In this document: positions 25,598 to 37,442 of the stretch, piece after piece
How positions within the stretch are numbered: the stretch's first letter is position 1
Layout: each line of letters starts with the position of its first letter
Source: Octopus sinensis
Lineage: Eukaryota
Length of the DNA stretch: 64,000 bases
Assembly: GCF_006345805.1 (NCBI RefSeq)
Contig: NC_043007.1
Location: forward strand, 38,068,001-38,132,000
Direction of reading: 5' to 3'
The notes under the pieces: model-generated
What the model saw: the letters and a program-made list of their open reading frames with translations, nothing else
Databases searched by the model: none
Told to the model about the DNA's origin: nothing
Translations under genes and position numbers: made by a program

Positions 25598-25689
25598 CAG
25601 AGAGCCTGGAGATAGATGTGATCAACAAAACCCATGACAGGTGCTGCTAGACAGGCAGCTAAAACGGTTAACTGGATTCCAGTGTTGAC
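25598..25689 (-). CDS. CRLS1: Cardiolipin synthase exon 6
   Basis: 92 nt, VNTGIQLTVLAACLAAPVMGFVDHIYLQALW; ttccag acceptor and GTAAGT donor. Not in the supplied ORF track; found by manual translation. Confidence 0.92.
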
Positions 25690-25736
25690 CTGGAAAATAA
25701 ATTTAAAATGAAAAAGAAAATACAAAGGCAATATAA

Positions 25737-27137
25737 TCATCATCATCATTGTTCGACCGTGGTCGAGACAATGGAATTTACCATGTTGCGCCAGACTTCA
25801 CGGTCCATCATAGCATTACAGAGGTCCTGTTGCTGGATGCCTGTATCCCTGGAGATTACATCAGGGTAGGAGAGAATGCGCCCTCTGGTGTTGCGAGTAG
25901 ATGGCTTCCAGAGGAGAAGAGTAGAAATTACTTCTTTTTCAGCTCTACAACAATGTCCAGCAAACTGGACTCTCCTACCTTTCATAAGGGATGACACAGG
26001 TGGTAATTTCCCATATATTTGCATTTTAGTTGGATGGCGCCTCCACGAGAGATTTTGAGCTCTCATAAGGAGGCGAGTGTAGGTTCCATCCAACCGCCTC
26101 TCAAGCTTCTTTGATAACGTCCAGGTTTCTGAGCCATATAGTAGGATTGGTTCGACTGTGGCTTTGAATATTTCAAGTTTGAAGTCTCTACTTAGATTTG
26201 ATGACCAGATCTTATGCATGTCATTACAGGCTGACCAGGCCATACCCTTTCTAGTTAGAAAGTCTTTTCCAGATGATGATATGTATGACCCAAGATATTT
26301 ATAATCAGAAACCATATTTAAAGGTGCACTGTTGAGAGTGTGGATGATGCAATCACTGTTGGACAGGCACTTGTTTATGTATTCAGTTTTGGTCTCATTG
26401 AGGTAAAGACCTATACAATTTGAGGCTTGTTCAAGAGATTGTAAAAGAGACTGGGCATTGGAGAGAGAATCACTGACAAGAGCGATGTCGTCAGCAAAGT
26501 CAGTGTCTGTCAAGTACTCAGCTGGGTGTCTGGAACTTCTTCTTGGTTTTATTTCAAAGCCCTTGCCAGAGATGGTATCAACTGACATACGTAGCACATA
26601 ATCAACAACAATGATGAAAAGAAATGGGGCGAGTGTGTCTCCCTGCAGTATTCCGGCCTCGATCGAGAAAGATGATGTTTCTCCATCAGGGGTTAAGATG
26701 GTTGAAGACGTATCTGTGTAGAGGACCTTGATGGCAGAAATAATTTTGTCTGGTATCCCATAGAGCTTAAGGATTTCAAACATCTTGTACCTATCTACAG
26801 AATCGAACGCTTTAGAAAAAGTCTACAAATACCATTGCAAGATCGCGATTAAATGCTTTTGATTCTTCAATAAGTCTGCACAGGCATAGTATCTGGCTCA
26901 GCGTTGAGCGCCCATGTCTGAATCCATTTTGGTTCTTTCGGAGCAAAGGTTCAACAAAAAGGACAAGACGATTTAGGATCAGTTTGTTGTACAGTTTTGC
27001 AGCAATTGACATTAGAGATATGCCCCTGCAATATAATACAATAAGTTTCAATACAATAAACTGTCCTTTAGTGCATTTTGAAACAGAATCGTTTAGTTTG
27101 GAAGGCTTTCCTGTCACTGTCTTATTATTGGACAGCC
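25737..27137 (-). mobile_element. 5'-truncated RTE-clade LINE (RT domain and C-terminus), in CRLS1 intron 5
   Basis: QNGFRHGRST, GILQGDTLAPFLFII, DFADDIAL, LYGSETWTL, GRRVQFAGHC; 345-aa open C-terminal segment; (TGA)n tail. Confidence 0.95.
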
Positions 27138-27141
27138 TTAA

Positions 27142-27593
27142 CCCTTTAGTGTTCGCATTATTCTGCCAAAATTAATGCTTCTTCATCTACATTGTTTTGA
27201 ATTAATCATGCATTATCTTGTAGCTATGAGATTTTTTTTTGAGGTAGCTGTTAATTTTTAAAACGATATTGTAGGGTTAGTGTGAGAGACCAGATCTGGC
27301 CAGTTTGAACATAAAACAGGCAGAATACTTTTGGCAGTGAGCTGGCAGAAACATTAGCACGCCGGACGAAATGCTTAGCTGTATCTCGTCTGCCGTTACG
27401 TTCTGAGTTCAAATTCCACCGAGGTCGACTTTGCCTTTCATCCTTTTGGAGTCGATAAATTAAGTACCAGTTACGAACTGCGATCAATCTAATTGACTTA
27501 ATCCCTTTGTCTGTCCCCACTATGTTTAGCCCCTTGTGGGCAATAAAGAAATAATACTTTTGGCTAGATATGGCCGGTATAATTGCTAAAGGG
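27142..27593. mobile_element. piggyBac-type MITE with a nested SINE B (27336-27552, 12-bp TSD)
   Basis: TTAA|CCCTTTAG ... CTAAAGGG|TTAA; SINE TSD aatacttttggc. Confidence 0.85.
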
Positions 27594-27881
27594 TTAATAT
27601 TGTCAACTGCGGAGAAAATATGGTGTGGGTGGATTGCCAACATTAGAGAAGTTCCCTTCCCCAAGCCATAATCACTTGGAGTCACCACGATCACCACCAC
27701 CTCCACCCCTACCACCATTTTAATATTTATTTTTCCATGCTTGCATCTGTCATACAGAGTACAATGGAGTAAAATCTCTATGGCCAGATACCCTTCCTGT
27801 CACCAACTACCCCCTCTTGCTTCCATGTAGGGGTAATAATCTCCTTGTCTATCAAGCAACAGACAACCTGGACGTGCTTTT

Positions 27882-27922
<41 letters not shown>

Positions 27923-28331
27923 TATATATATGTGTGTGTGTGAGTGTTGATGCATATTGTGAATGTCAGATGGTAAACTAGCTGAGACATTTAATGTGGT
28001 GCCCTAACACTGCCCTAGTCCAACGACTGAAACAAGCAAAAGATAAGGAATATACACACGTGTGTGTGTGTGTGTGATGTAAATTGATGTGAAAGTATTG
28101 CGGATTTTAAGGCCAAGCAAGGGGCATAATTCTATAAAGGGACACAACTCATATCAACTCGCGTGTTCACTACATAACGGTAACAATAAGAAGTGCTAGA
28201 CTGAGATCTAGCGCCAACTGATCAAAACCTTGTTTCCCAAGCATGGCTGCGCTCCAAAGACTAAAAACAATAAATAAATAAAAGAATAAACAAATCAAAG
28301 AAAAACATAACAATAAGACCAATTTCCTTAC

Positions 28332-28400
28332 CTTGCTTAACAGCGTTGGTTTTAACTGTGCTGTAGCAAATGTTACATCAAAATACCGCTTGAGTGTTTT
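28332..28400 (-). CDS. CRLS1: Cardiolipin synthase exon 5
   Basis: 69 nt, KTLKRYFDVTFATAQLKPTLLSK; ccccag acceptor and GTAAG donor. Confidence 0.93.
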
Positions 28401-28587
28401 CTGGGGAAACAACCACATAAGATTCAATCAGAAACAGTTCATATTGGCATAGTGGTGTGGAGATATGGTGATATTACATGGGACCAGAATTAAAATGGGA
28501 TGGTTTTACACATAGCGTTTATTATTACTGTCTTTTTACAAGAGCCAAATATTATGACTCTTGTTTAGTAACTGTTTGGATGTGTCA

Positions 28588-29170
28588 TTATCATCATCAT
28601 CATTTAACGTCCATTGTCCATGCTGGCATGAGTTGGACCGTTTGACCTGGGCTGGTAAGCTGGAAGGCTGCACTATACTCCAGTCTGATTACACATGGTT
28701 TTCTACAGCTGGATGCCCTTCCTAATGCCAACCACTCTGAGAGTGTAATGGATACTTTTACGTGCCACTGGCATGGGTGACACTGGTATCTGCCGTGACT
28801 GCAATTTTGCTCAGCTTGATGGGTCTTCTTTTCAAGTGTGACAAAATGCCAAAGGTCTTGGTCATTGCCTTCATGAGGCCCAACCCTCAAAAGGAACTCA
28901 GTCACTTTGCCTCTGTGAGGCCCAACGCTCGAACAGTGCTCTTTACATGCCACTGGCATGGGTGCCAGTTACCTGACACCAACATCAGCCATGACTACAA
29001 TTTCACTTGGCTTGACAGGTTTTCTCCAGCACAGCATTAGGAAGGAAATCTAGCCATAGAAACCATGCCACAACAGACAGTTGGCGTCCAGACAGCTTGC
29101 TGCTATCCAGCACCATGTCAAACCATCCAACCTGTCTCAGCATGGAGACCAGACATTAAATGATGATGAT
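28588..29170. mobile_element. SINE family C (RTE-tailed) copies
   Basis: gttggc.ttaggaagggcatccagctgtagaaa...catgg...ggacgttaaa(tga)n; also near 32348, 41220, 56105 and 58592. Confidence 0.8.
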
Positions 29171-29579
29171 AATTTCTTACATAGACATATGCTCACCACT
29201 TTTAGTGTAGAGTTCAGTCATTCAAGTTGACCTCTCTCTATCTCTTTCTCTTTCCACATACAGATAGATATTGTATTTTACTGGATCCTAGAATGATGAC
29301 ACACAAAGTCATCTTTGGCAGGTTTTAGAATAATGACAAAGAAAATCAGAAACAAAAACTAAAGAAAACTTAGAAGAATAAAGGTAGATAAAAGAGGGAG
29401 GGGAAAAGGGAGCATGCTATGAAACTTTAAAATATATCAACATCAGAGATTTTGTGAAAATAAAAGAAATTTTGTTATTTTGGATTTCCATTCTTGCTTG
29501 ATTCACAATTTTATTCAGAACAAGAGAAAAAAAGTGGAAGAGAAAGGAAGATGAAGAAACATTGGAATATGATACTGAC

Positions 29580-29665
29580 CGGTGGTGGAAGTGAGATGTA
29601 GCGGATATAGAAGCTGACACCAATCAAACCGATGTCTCGTCCAACAATCACAATTAAAAGAGGAA
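29580..29665 (-). CDS. CRLS1: Cardiolipin synthase exon 4
   Basis: 86 nt, (I)PLLIVIVGRDIGLIGVSFYIRYISLPPP; phase continues from exon 3; resembles vertebrate [20 protein letters not shown]. Confidence 0.93.
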
Positions 29666-31046
29666 CTGAAATGTTAACAAATATAATACATACAACAATA
29701 ATGTCAATGTGTATATATAATATATATATATATATATATAATTTTAAAAATAGGATAAAATCTTTATAAGAATTTATCAAGTAGTCAGCATGAAAAACTT
29801 CATAAGAGGAAAAATCCACCAATTTTTTCACTTAAATATATTTATTTATATTATATAGAGGGCACTACTACACATAAATGCCACACACTAGGAGGGACTC
29901 TTAAAGTTTGTATGTATGTATGTATGTATGTATGTATGTATACTTTTCAAAGTGTGCTGAAAGTTGCAACATGTTATTAAAAAGTTTAGGCTCAATAGAG
30001 ATATGACAACCATCATATTTCTAGATAGGCTAATATGCTGAAGTGAAGAATGCCGAGAAAGTGAGTTGATTGAATTATATAATAGAGCTAACCGGTTTAC
30101 ATAATAATGACAATCAACTCAAAGAATCTTGTGTTATATAAAGCCAAAAATACCAATTACATTTTCTGTCTGTCTGTATATATACACTCTTTTACTTGAC
30201 CCCAGGACTTATTCTTTGTAAGCCTAGTAGTTATTCTATTGGTCTCTTTTGCCGAACTGCTAAGTTACAGGGACGTAAACACACCAGCATCGGTTGTCAA
30301 GCGATGTTAGGGAGACAGACACAGACACACAAACATATACACATACACACACATACATATATATACATATATATATATGACAGGCTTCTTTCAGTTTCCG
30401 TCTACCAAATCCACTCACACACCCACTCCTTATATATAACCATCATCATCATCATTTAATGTCCCATTTTCCATACTGGCATAGGTTCGTTGGTTTGACA
30501 AGAAACAAAGAGCCTAAAGACTGCTCTGGGCTCCAATGTTTGCTTTGGCATGGTTCCTACAGCTGGATGCTCTTCATAATGTTAATCACTTATGTGAGCT
30601 GGCAGAAACGTTAGCACGCCGGGCAAAATGCTTAGCGGTATTTCGTCTGCCATTACATTCCGAGTTCAAATTCCACCAAGGTCGACTTTGCCTTTCATCC
30701 TTTCGGGGTCGATAAATTAAGTACCAGTTACGCACTGGGGTCAATGCAATCGACTTAATCCCTTTGTTTGTCCTTGTTTGTCCCCTCTACGTTTAGCTCC
30801 CTTGTGGGCAATAAAGAAATAAGGGTACACTGGGTTTTTTTAAAGGCACCAGCACTAGTGTGATCATCAAGTTCTTACCAGACAAAATCCCTCAACTGAG
30901 TGCAGTATAATATTGAAGAATGTGAAAGCATGATAGAGCAACAAGAACACACATACACAAAGTCATTAACACAAAGACTTTCTTCTATCATTGGTCACAC
31001 ATAATGAGAGTTAAAAACAAAAAAAAAAGGACACATTTATACTCAC

Positions 31047-31176
31047 TTGGTAAGAGATCAACAGCAGCAAGAGAAATTGTCAAAAAGCTGACCAGTATTT
31101 TATCAGCCAAAGGATCCAATGCAGTTCCAAGCATGGACTTTTGGTTGGCAAAGTTGCGAGCAATATAACCATCCAA
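31047..31176 (-). CDS. CRLS1: Cardiolipin synthase exon 3 (CDP-alcohol phosphotransferase motif)
   Basis: 130 nt, [43 protein letters not shown]; carries the DG-x2-AR-x8-G-x3-D-x3-D motif; AG/GT boundaries. Confidence 0.96.
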
Positions 31177-31928
31177 CTGAAATACAGATGGAGAGAACAA
31201 CAATATATAGACAATATACAAAGAGAAACAATATGCAAATGGCCAAATAAAAAGGCAATATACATAGTGAGACAGATATGCAAATGTCTCAAATAGACAG
31301 TCTATAAATGAGCAATAATTAGATGATATGCAAACTAAGAATATGTGATCATTCAATAATTAGGCAATATATAAATGTGAAATAAAACACAGAACTACCA
31401 ATCTTTAAATGTTAAAATATGTGGGGGTGGGGAGAAAAGAAATATATTCCTTTACCACTGATAAGCAAAAAACTGTCAAAACCAGTTTGGTATTTTAATA
31501 AATTTGTTACAAAAATTAGAAACAGCTACATGTTTTAAGGTTAAGGTGCATTATCAGGAAATTTCAACAAACTTGACTGTTTATAGCCCAACCACAAGCA
31601 GATGGACGAAATGCTACTTAGCATTTTGCTTGGCATGTTAACGATTCTGCCAGCTCACTACCATAATAATAATAATAATAATTCTTAAACATTCACTAGT
31701 ACAACACTAAGTACAAAACCAAATATATGGCACCCTAGGCATAACACCAACATGAACTTCTAACCTGTTGTCTCTTGAGGTCTCTGGGTGAGACTCGGAG
31801 CCAACTTGTACAAATATAAAGCAAAAGTCAAACAATAGAATAATGATAATAATAACAATAATAATAATAATAATAATAAAATTACAACAACAACAATAGC
31901 ACAACACACAGTAGTGCTGAATTCTTAC

Positions 31929-32066
31929 CAAATCTGTAATGCCAGCACAGACAAAAAGGCCAAGTGCCCAAGAGAAGTGACTGTGAAGAACTAAATAACT
32001 CAAAATGGGAGCAGCACCCATTCGGCAACATGTCAGCAAATTTGGGATGGTCTGGATATCTTCTTT
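31929..32066 (-). CDS. CRLS1: Cardiolipin synthase exon 2
   Basis: tttcag acceptor and GTAAG donor; 138 nt encoding KEDIQTIPNLLTCCRMGAAPILSYLVLHSHFSWALGLFVCAGITDL (start of the CDP-alcohol phosphatidyltransferase domain). Confidence 0.93.
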
Positions 32067-32918
32067 CTGAAATACATATAAACATATTTTGTATATTAAA
32101 TATTTTAAGATTTCTTCCTAATTCACATAAATATTTCGTGTAATTTCATTCTGCACTGCATTTCAACTGGTTAATTATTTGGTTAGTCTTTCAGTTATAT
32201 TTCTACAGGCATGGCTATGAGGGTGAGAAGCTGGTTTCCCAACTATGTGGGCTTGGGTTCAGTCCTACTGCTCAACACCTTGGGCAAGTATCTTCTATTA
32301 TAGCCCCAGGCCGACCAAACCTTATTGAGTGGATTTGGTAGACAGGAACCTGTGCGGGTGGCACGTAAAAAGCACCCACTACACTCACGGAGTGGTTGGC
32401 GTTAGGAAGGGCATCCAGCTGTAGAAACATTGCCAGATAAGACTGGAGCCTGGTGCAGCCTTCTGGCTTCCCAGATCCCCGGTCGAACCGTCCAACCCAT
32501 GGTAGCATGGAGAACGGACGTTAAACGATGATGATGAACAAGAAGTCCATCGTATATATGTGCAAGTGTGGTTGTGTGGTAAAAAGCTTGCTTTTCAAAC
32601 ACATTGTTCCAGGTTCAGTCCCACTGCGTAGCACCTTGGGCAAGTGTCTTCTACTATAGCTTTGGGCTATAGTAGAAGACAGTAAAGCCTTGTGCATGGA
32701 TAAGGTGGGCTGAAACTGAAAGAAGCCCATTGTGTATGTATGTATATGCATGTATGTGTGCATGTCTTTGTGTCTCTTTGTCCCCCACCTCTGCTTGACA
32801 ACTGGTGTTGGTGTGTTTACAACCTCATAACTTAGCTGTTCAGCAAAAGTCACCAACAGAATAAGCACCAGGCCCCAAAAATTGGTATTGGTGTCAATTT
32901 GTTCGACTAAACCTTTAA

Positions 32919-33140
32919 CCCTTTCGTTACTATATTTATTTTGAGATGCTCTGTGTTCCTTTCAATTATTTTAAATATAACAAAGAATTTAGTAGAATAA
33001 CTTAGTTATCATTCAGCTAGTGTTAGGAACATAAATTGTGATTAAGGTTTGGTGGAAGACTTTAATTCAAAACTTATGAAAACAAGACATTTGTACTAAA
33101 AAACGAGAGCTGGTTTCAGCTGGGTTGGTAACCAAATGGG
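32919..33140. mobile_element. piggyBac-type MITE inserted in a SINE A
   Basis: TTAA|CCCTTTCGTTAC ... GTAACCAAATGGG|TTAA; SINE A sequence resumes on both sides. Confidence 0.85.
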
Positions 33141-33390
33141 TTAAGATGATGCCCCAGCACGGTTGCAGGCTAATGACTGAAACAAGTAAAAGGTAAAAGA
33201 TGTGTGTGTGTGTGCGTCTTTGTGTTTGTCTCCCACCACTGCTTCACAGCCAGTGTTGGTTTGTTTACATCCCTGTAACTTAATGGTTCAGCAAAAGAAA
33301 CCAACAGAATAAAGTATCAGGGTCAAAAAGTAAGTACTGGTGTGGATTTGTTCAACTAAACTCTTTAAGGCAGTGCCCCAGCATGGTTGC

Positions 33391-33808
33391 CTTGTCTTGT
33401 CTTCAGACAGCATTCACCCGGGGTGGGTTGAGCAGGCTTCATTCATCCTCAATGCTGCATCTCTCACAAACGCCGACCAGACCTGGCTATTTGAGGCTAA
33501 CGACCGTATGATTTCCAGCCACTCCTTATTCCAGCAGTGAATGCCGTAGACATGGGGGCCTAGGTTAGGTTCCAGATCAGCCTTGACTGTCATCAGCCAG
33601 GTTTTTCGCTGTCCACCACATCGCTTTCGCCAACCTTGAAGGGGAGCTGGAGCAATTGCTTCATAGATGAATTCTCCTGGTTGATGACGGAGGGCATGAC
33701 CCAGCCACGCAGACGTCTCATTTGGATGACTTGTCAGAGGGAGGTGATTTTGCACTGGTGTCACACCAACAATTTGGTGCGACACCAGTGCAAAATCACC
33801 TCCCTCCA
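33391..33808 (-). mobile_element. 5'-truncated RTE LINE with an 11-bp TSD and a terminal hairpin
   Basis: WLGHALR...GWRKRCGGQRKTW...WSAFVRD; TSD agcatggttgc; (caaga)n tail. Confidence 0.88.
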
Positions 33809-34077
33809 AGCATGGTTGCAGTCTAATGAACGAAATAAGTAAAAGACAAAAGACATAATTAACATATCATTTGTTTACTATATGTAGGAATATAATATAT
33901 GTTTCTATGCCATGATATTACAACATGTAAAAACATCATTTTTAGGTTTGCACTCAGAGCCTGTATTTCTAATATAGAGCTAGTTTCAGCATTGCAACCA
34001 CTTTGCCACAGTCCTGTAGTAAATGATAAAGTTACATGACGCATTTCCTGTCACCAACCCTTATCTGTTTCTGAAGT

Positions 34078-34733
34078 ATACTCTTTACTCTCTTTTACTT
34101 GTTTCAGTCATTTGACTGCAGCCATGATGGAGCACCACCTTTAATCGAGCAACTCGACCCCGGGACTTATTCTTTTGTAAGCCCAGTACTTATTCTATCA
34201 GCATCTTTTGCCGAACTGCTAAGTAACAGGAACATAAACACACTAGCATCGGTTGTCAAGCAATGTTAGGGGGACAAACACAGTCACACACACATGCATA
34301 CATATATATATATATATATATACCGGAGTAAACACATAAATGAGAAACAAGGTGGAAAGAAGAGTACTCAAATACCAGTGGTAGAGTAACATGCTTTATT
34401 TTAAGCAGCAGAAAATTCAACAAAATCTGTTACTCTGAGTTTCTCGTTGCCGTTCATCAGACAGTTTTTGCTAGAAAAAACTGTCTGATGAACGGCAACG
34501 AGAAACTCAGAGTAACAGATTTTGTTGAATTTTCTGCTGCTTAAAATAAAGTATATATATATATACATATATACGACGGGCTTCTTTCAGTTTCCATCTA
34601 TCAAATCCACTCACAAGGCTTTGGTTGGCCTGAGGCTATAGTAGAAGACATTTGCCCAAGGTTCCACGCAGTGGGACTGAACCCGGAATCATGTGGTTGG
34701 TAAACAAGCTACTTACCACACAGCCACTCCTGC
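34078..34733 (-). mobile_element. SINE family A whose TA tract hosts a palindromic insert
   Basis: SINE A halves flank 34322-34551. Confidence 0.85.
34477..34523 (+). ncRNA. Minimal type-I hammerhead ribozyme motif (mirror copy on the minus strand at 34422-34468)
   Basis: CUGU-CUGAUGA-A CG GCAA CG A-GAAA-CUCAGAG-UA-ACAG: full catalytic core, GNRA-capped stem II (A-A at its base), palindromic stem III, GUA cleavage triplet, stem I CUGU/ACAG. Confidence 0.7.
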
Positions 34734-35882
34734 ATATGATATTTTTATTTACATATCTTGGAGGACAAGACCACCAAGCTGCAGGATATACTGTTAATGG
34801 GAAATGTAAACACAACATCACTGTCTCTCAAATGTTACCAGTAAAAAAGACACACAGAAATAAACACTCACTGGTGTCCACATACCTAAATATGTCTGTT
34901 TGTTGTTGGTGTTAGGAAGGGTATCCAGCTGTAAAAACCATGCCAAAATAGATAGTAGAGCATGGTTCAATCTTCTGGCTAACAGCGTATATTGGGTGCT
35001 TTTTTTTTTGACAGAGGCCCAGTATGTGTTGGAGAAAAGGAACAAATATGCTAGCAGACAGTGACATGGAGTGATGAGAGACAGTACAGGAGGGGGCGAA
35101 GGTAGAGTGAACTGGGCACAAGTGGTCCAATGGAGCTAACTATTCATAGATAAGATGAATTGGAAGGATTAATTGATGAGGTGAGGGTGATGGCATAGTA
35201 TATAGAAAGTGGATCCTGTGTGAGTGGCACAAAGGAATTATATAGAGTCAGAATAGGAGCTTGTACACTGTCAATCGACTTGTTAGATTTAGCAGCAAAA
35301 CTTTCCTTAGATCAAATCCTACTGCCTTGAAACAATGAAGAACACTTCAGATAATGTAGTCTCAGATGCCCTTGAAAAGACAGAATGGTCGTGGTTGGAA
35401 TGCCACTGATCACAGGTCTGCTCAATCAGGCTTGAGTTGTGACCAAAAATCAAAGACAACACTGCATCATATGCATGAGAAATCCTGTAAATATTTTTAT
35501 ATCCCCTAATCCAATGTTTTTCCAATGACTGAACTCCAAACCATGTGGTTGGGAACATGAATATATGCATTTTTAAATATTATTTTAAGTCGGCAGATGC
35601 TACAAAAGTGACTCAAGGACGGTGAGTTTCGTGCATGGCACTTCTCAAACAAACCGGTGATCTAGAATGTCTGCGCCGCGCACTTCAGAGAAGTCAACAC
35701 GCCGCAGAAACTATATAGTAACAGTAACAGACCACATGATCAACCTAAATAAATCATTGCCCTCTGTGTTTGTATTGAGTACTTCTCCCGATCATTATTT
35801 ACTAACATACACAAACACACACATACATGTAACAAAATAATGTACCATATCATAGTAAACAATATAAAAACTGTTATATTAC

Positions 35883-36434
35883 CAAGTCTTTCGTGAGACG
35901 ATATCTTTGGTCTCTGTCTGTGCGATTTGTGTTGGATGATATAAATGTTTTGCTCTCTGTGTTCGTGTGGGGTTTACATAGTGGCGGGTGGGTTGAGAAG
36001 GGTACACAGCAAGAATACACAGAATGCTTAGTATAAGAAGAGAAGAGCCCTAAATAGCTACCGGGTCGCCAATGTGACTTTGAGTTTGACCGTGGTTGAC
36101 AAAAGCTACTACTATATTTACAGCATGGCAACACGGTTGAGAGTGGGACATCTAGCAACCGTTTTAAACCCTGCATGGCAGGGGTCGTTCTGAACGTCCT
36201 TGTAAGAGATATGGCTGCGTCTGGTGTTTTGGAGTACCGGACGTCACAGACTGAGAAAGAATTCGAACTATGTTTTGAAGTTTCTGACAGCAAAGCGAAG
36301 GAATGCGACGTCGATCTGAAACGATGAAGTTCCCCTAGAGAACAAATGGGCGGTAATGTTTGCGTACGAGTAGTAGAGCAACCGAAAAATACTTGGCTGC
36401 AAGCGAGTCGACAGTACCCCCGGAGGTGAAACAT
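35883..36434 (-). CDS. CRLS1: Cardiolipin synthase exon 1 (184 aa, putative mitochondrial targeting region)
   Basis: ORF MFHLRGYCRLACSQ... is Ser/Arg/Leu-rich and starts at gcgacATG; it ends at a phase-0 GTAATA donor that joins in frame to the KEDIQTIPN exon. Confidence 0.75.
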
Positions 36435-37069
36435 GTCGCAAAATATACAGTATTACCAGTGGTAGACCTACACATATACCATTACTAAATAAGAGTAATG
36501 AAATACAGTCTACTCTACATCTATTTAATCATCATATTAAACATCGTTATTAACATACGTTTACTTCAAGGAGACAAGGGTGAAAACTCGCGACTCTTTC
36601 CCTTAACTGAAATTTCACCATATATTTTAACTGTAATGTGCGAAACGTTAACAAATGCAAATAAACGTTTAACTATAAATATATAGTGATATATGTATGT
36701 GCGTGTGTGACGATAGATGGAGTTGATCTTTCTGCATTAAACCTCATTGAATTCAATTTCTTAAACCAAGTCAAGTCTATTTACAGTTTACATAAGAATT
36801 TCCTTTTCTCCTTTCGGAAACAACTTCATTTTTCATCATTAGTACTTTTTATAAAATATGAATTTACTCTTCCTGCTTTGACTTTACTACAAATCCGAGG
36901 TATGACGCCAATTTTAAAAATATATGAAGAACTCCTGCATTATTTATACTTTGCCGGTGTACAACAGGCGGGACTTGTTCCATATAACACCGGTTATCAA
37001 CTGCTGCGTGATTTACATGTTGTTTATTTTTCCGTGTCAGGCATGTAATCTTATCGGTAAATTTTTGTG

Positions 37070-37433
37070 CTACTTAAGAAGAGTGGTCCCGGTGCGCGCA
37101 TCCGCGCTAGCTAGTCGTGACTAGTCGATCTTTACTTTGTGTTTTTGTGTTTTATTTACTTTGTTTAAAAAAAATTATTTACTTTGTGTTCTATTTTGTT
37201 TAAAAAAATTATTTACTTTGTGTTTTATTTTGTTTTAAAAAATTATTTACTTCGTGTTTTTGTTTTATTTACTTTGTTTAAAAAAATTATTTACTTTGTT
37301 TTATTTTGTTTAAAAAATTATTTACTTTGTGTTTTATTTACTTTGTGTAAAAAAATTATTTATTTTGTATTTTATTTACTTTGCTAGGTAAACGCGAGTG
37401 CGCGCACCGGGACCACTCTTCCTAAGTAGTACC
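37070..37433. mobile_element. MITE with about 40-bp TIRs and an internal T-rich minisatellite
   Basis: ctacttaagaagagtggtcccggtgcgcgca / tgcgcgcaccgggaccactcttcctaagtag; core of repeated tttactttgt..ttaaaaaaatta units. Confidence 0.85.
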
Positions 37434-37442
37434 AGTTTGAGT

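Noticed and set aside
35680-35762. Intronic C/D-box snoRNA (ATGATT...CTGA on the minus strand)
   Set aside because: Box C is imperfect and the terminal stem is only about 3 bp; it would need snoscan or small-RNA evidence.
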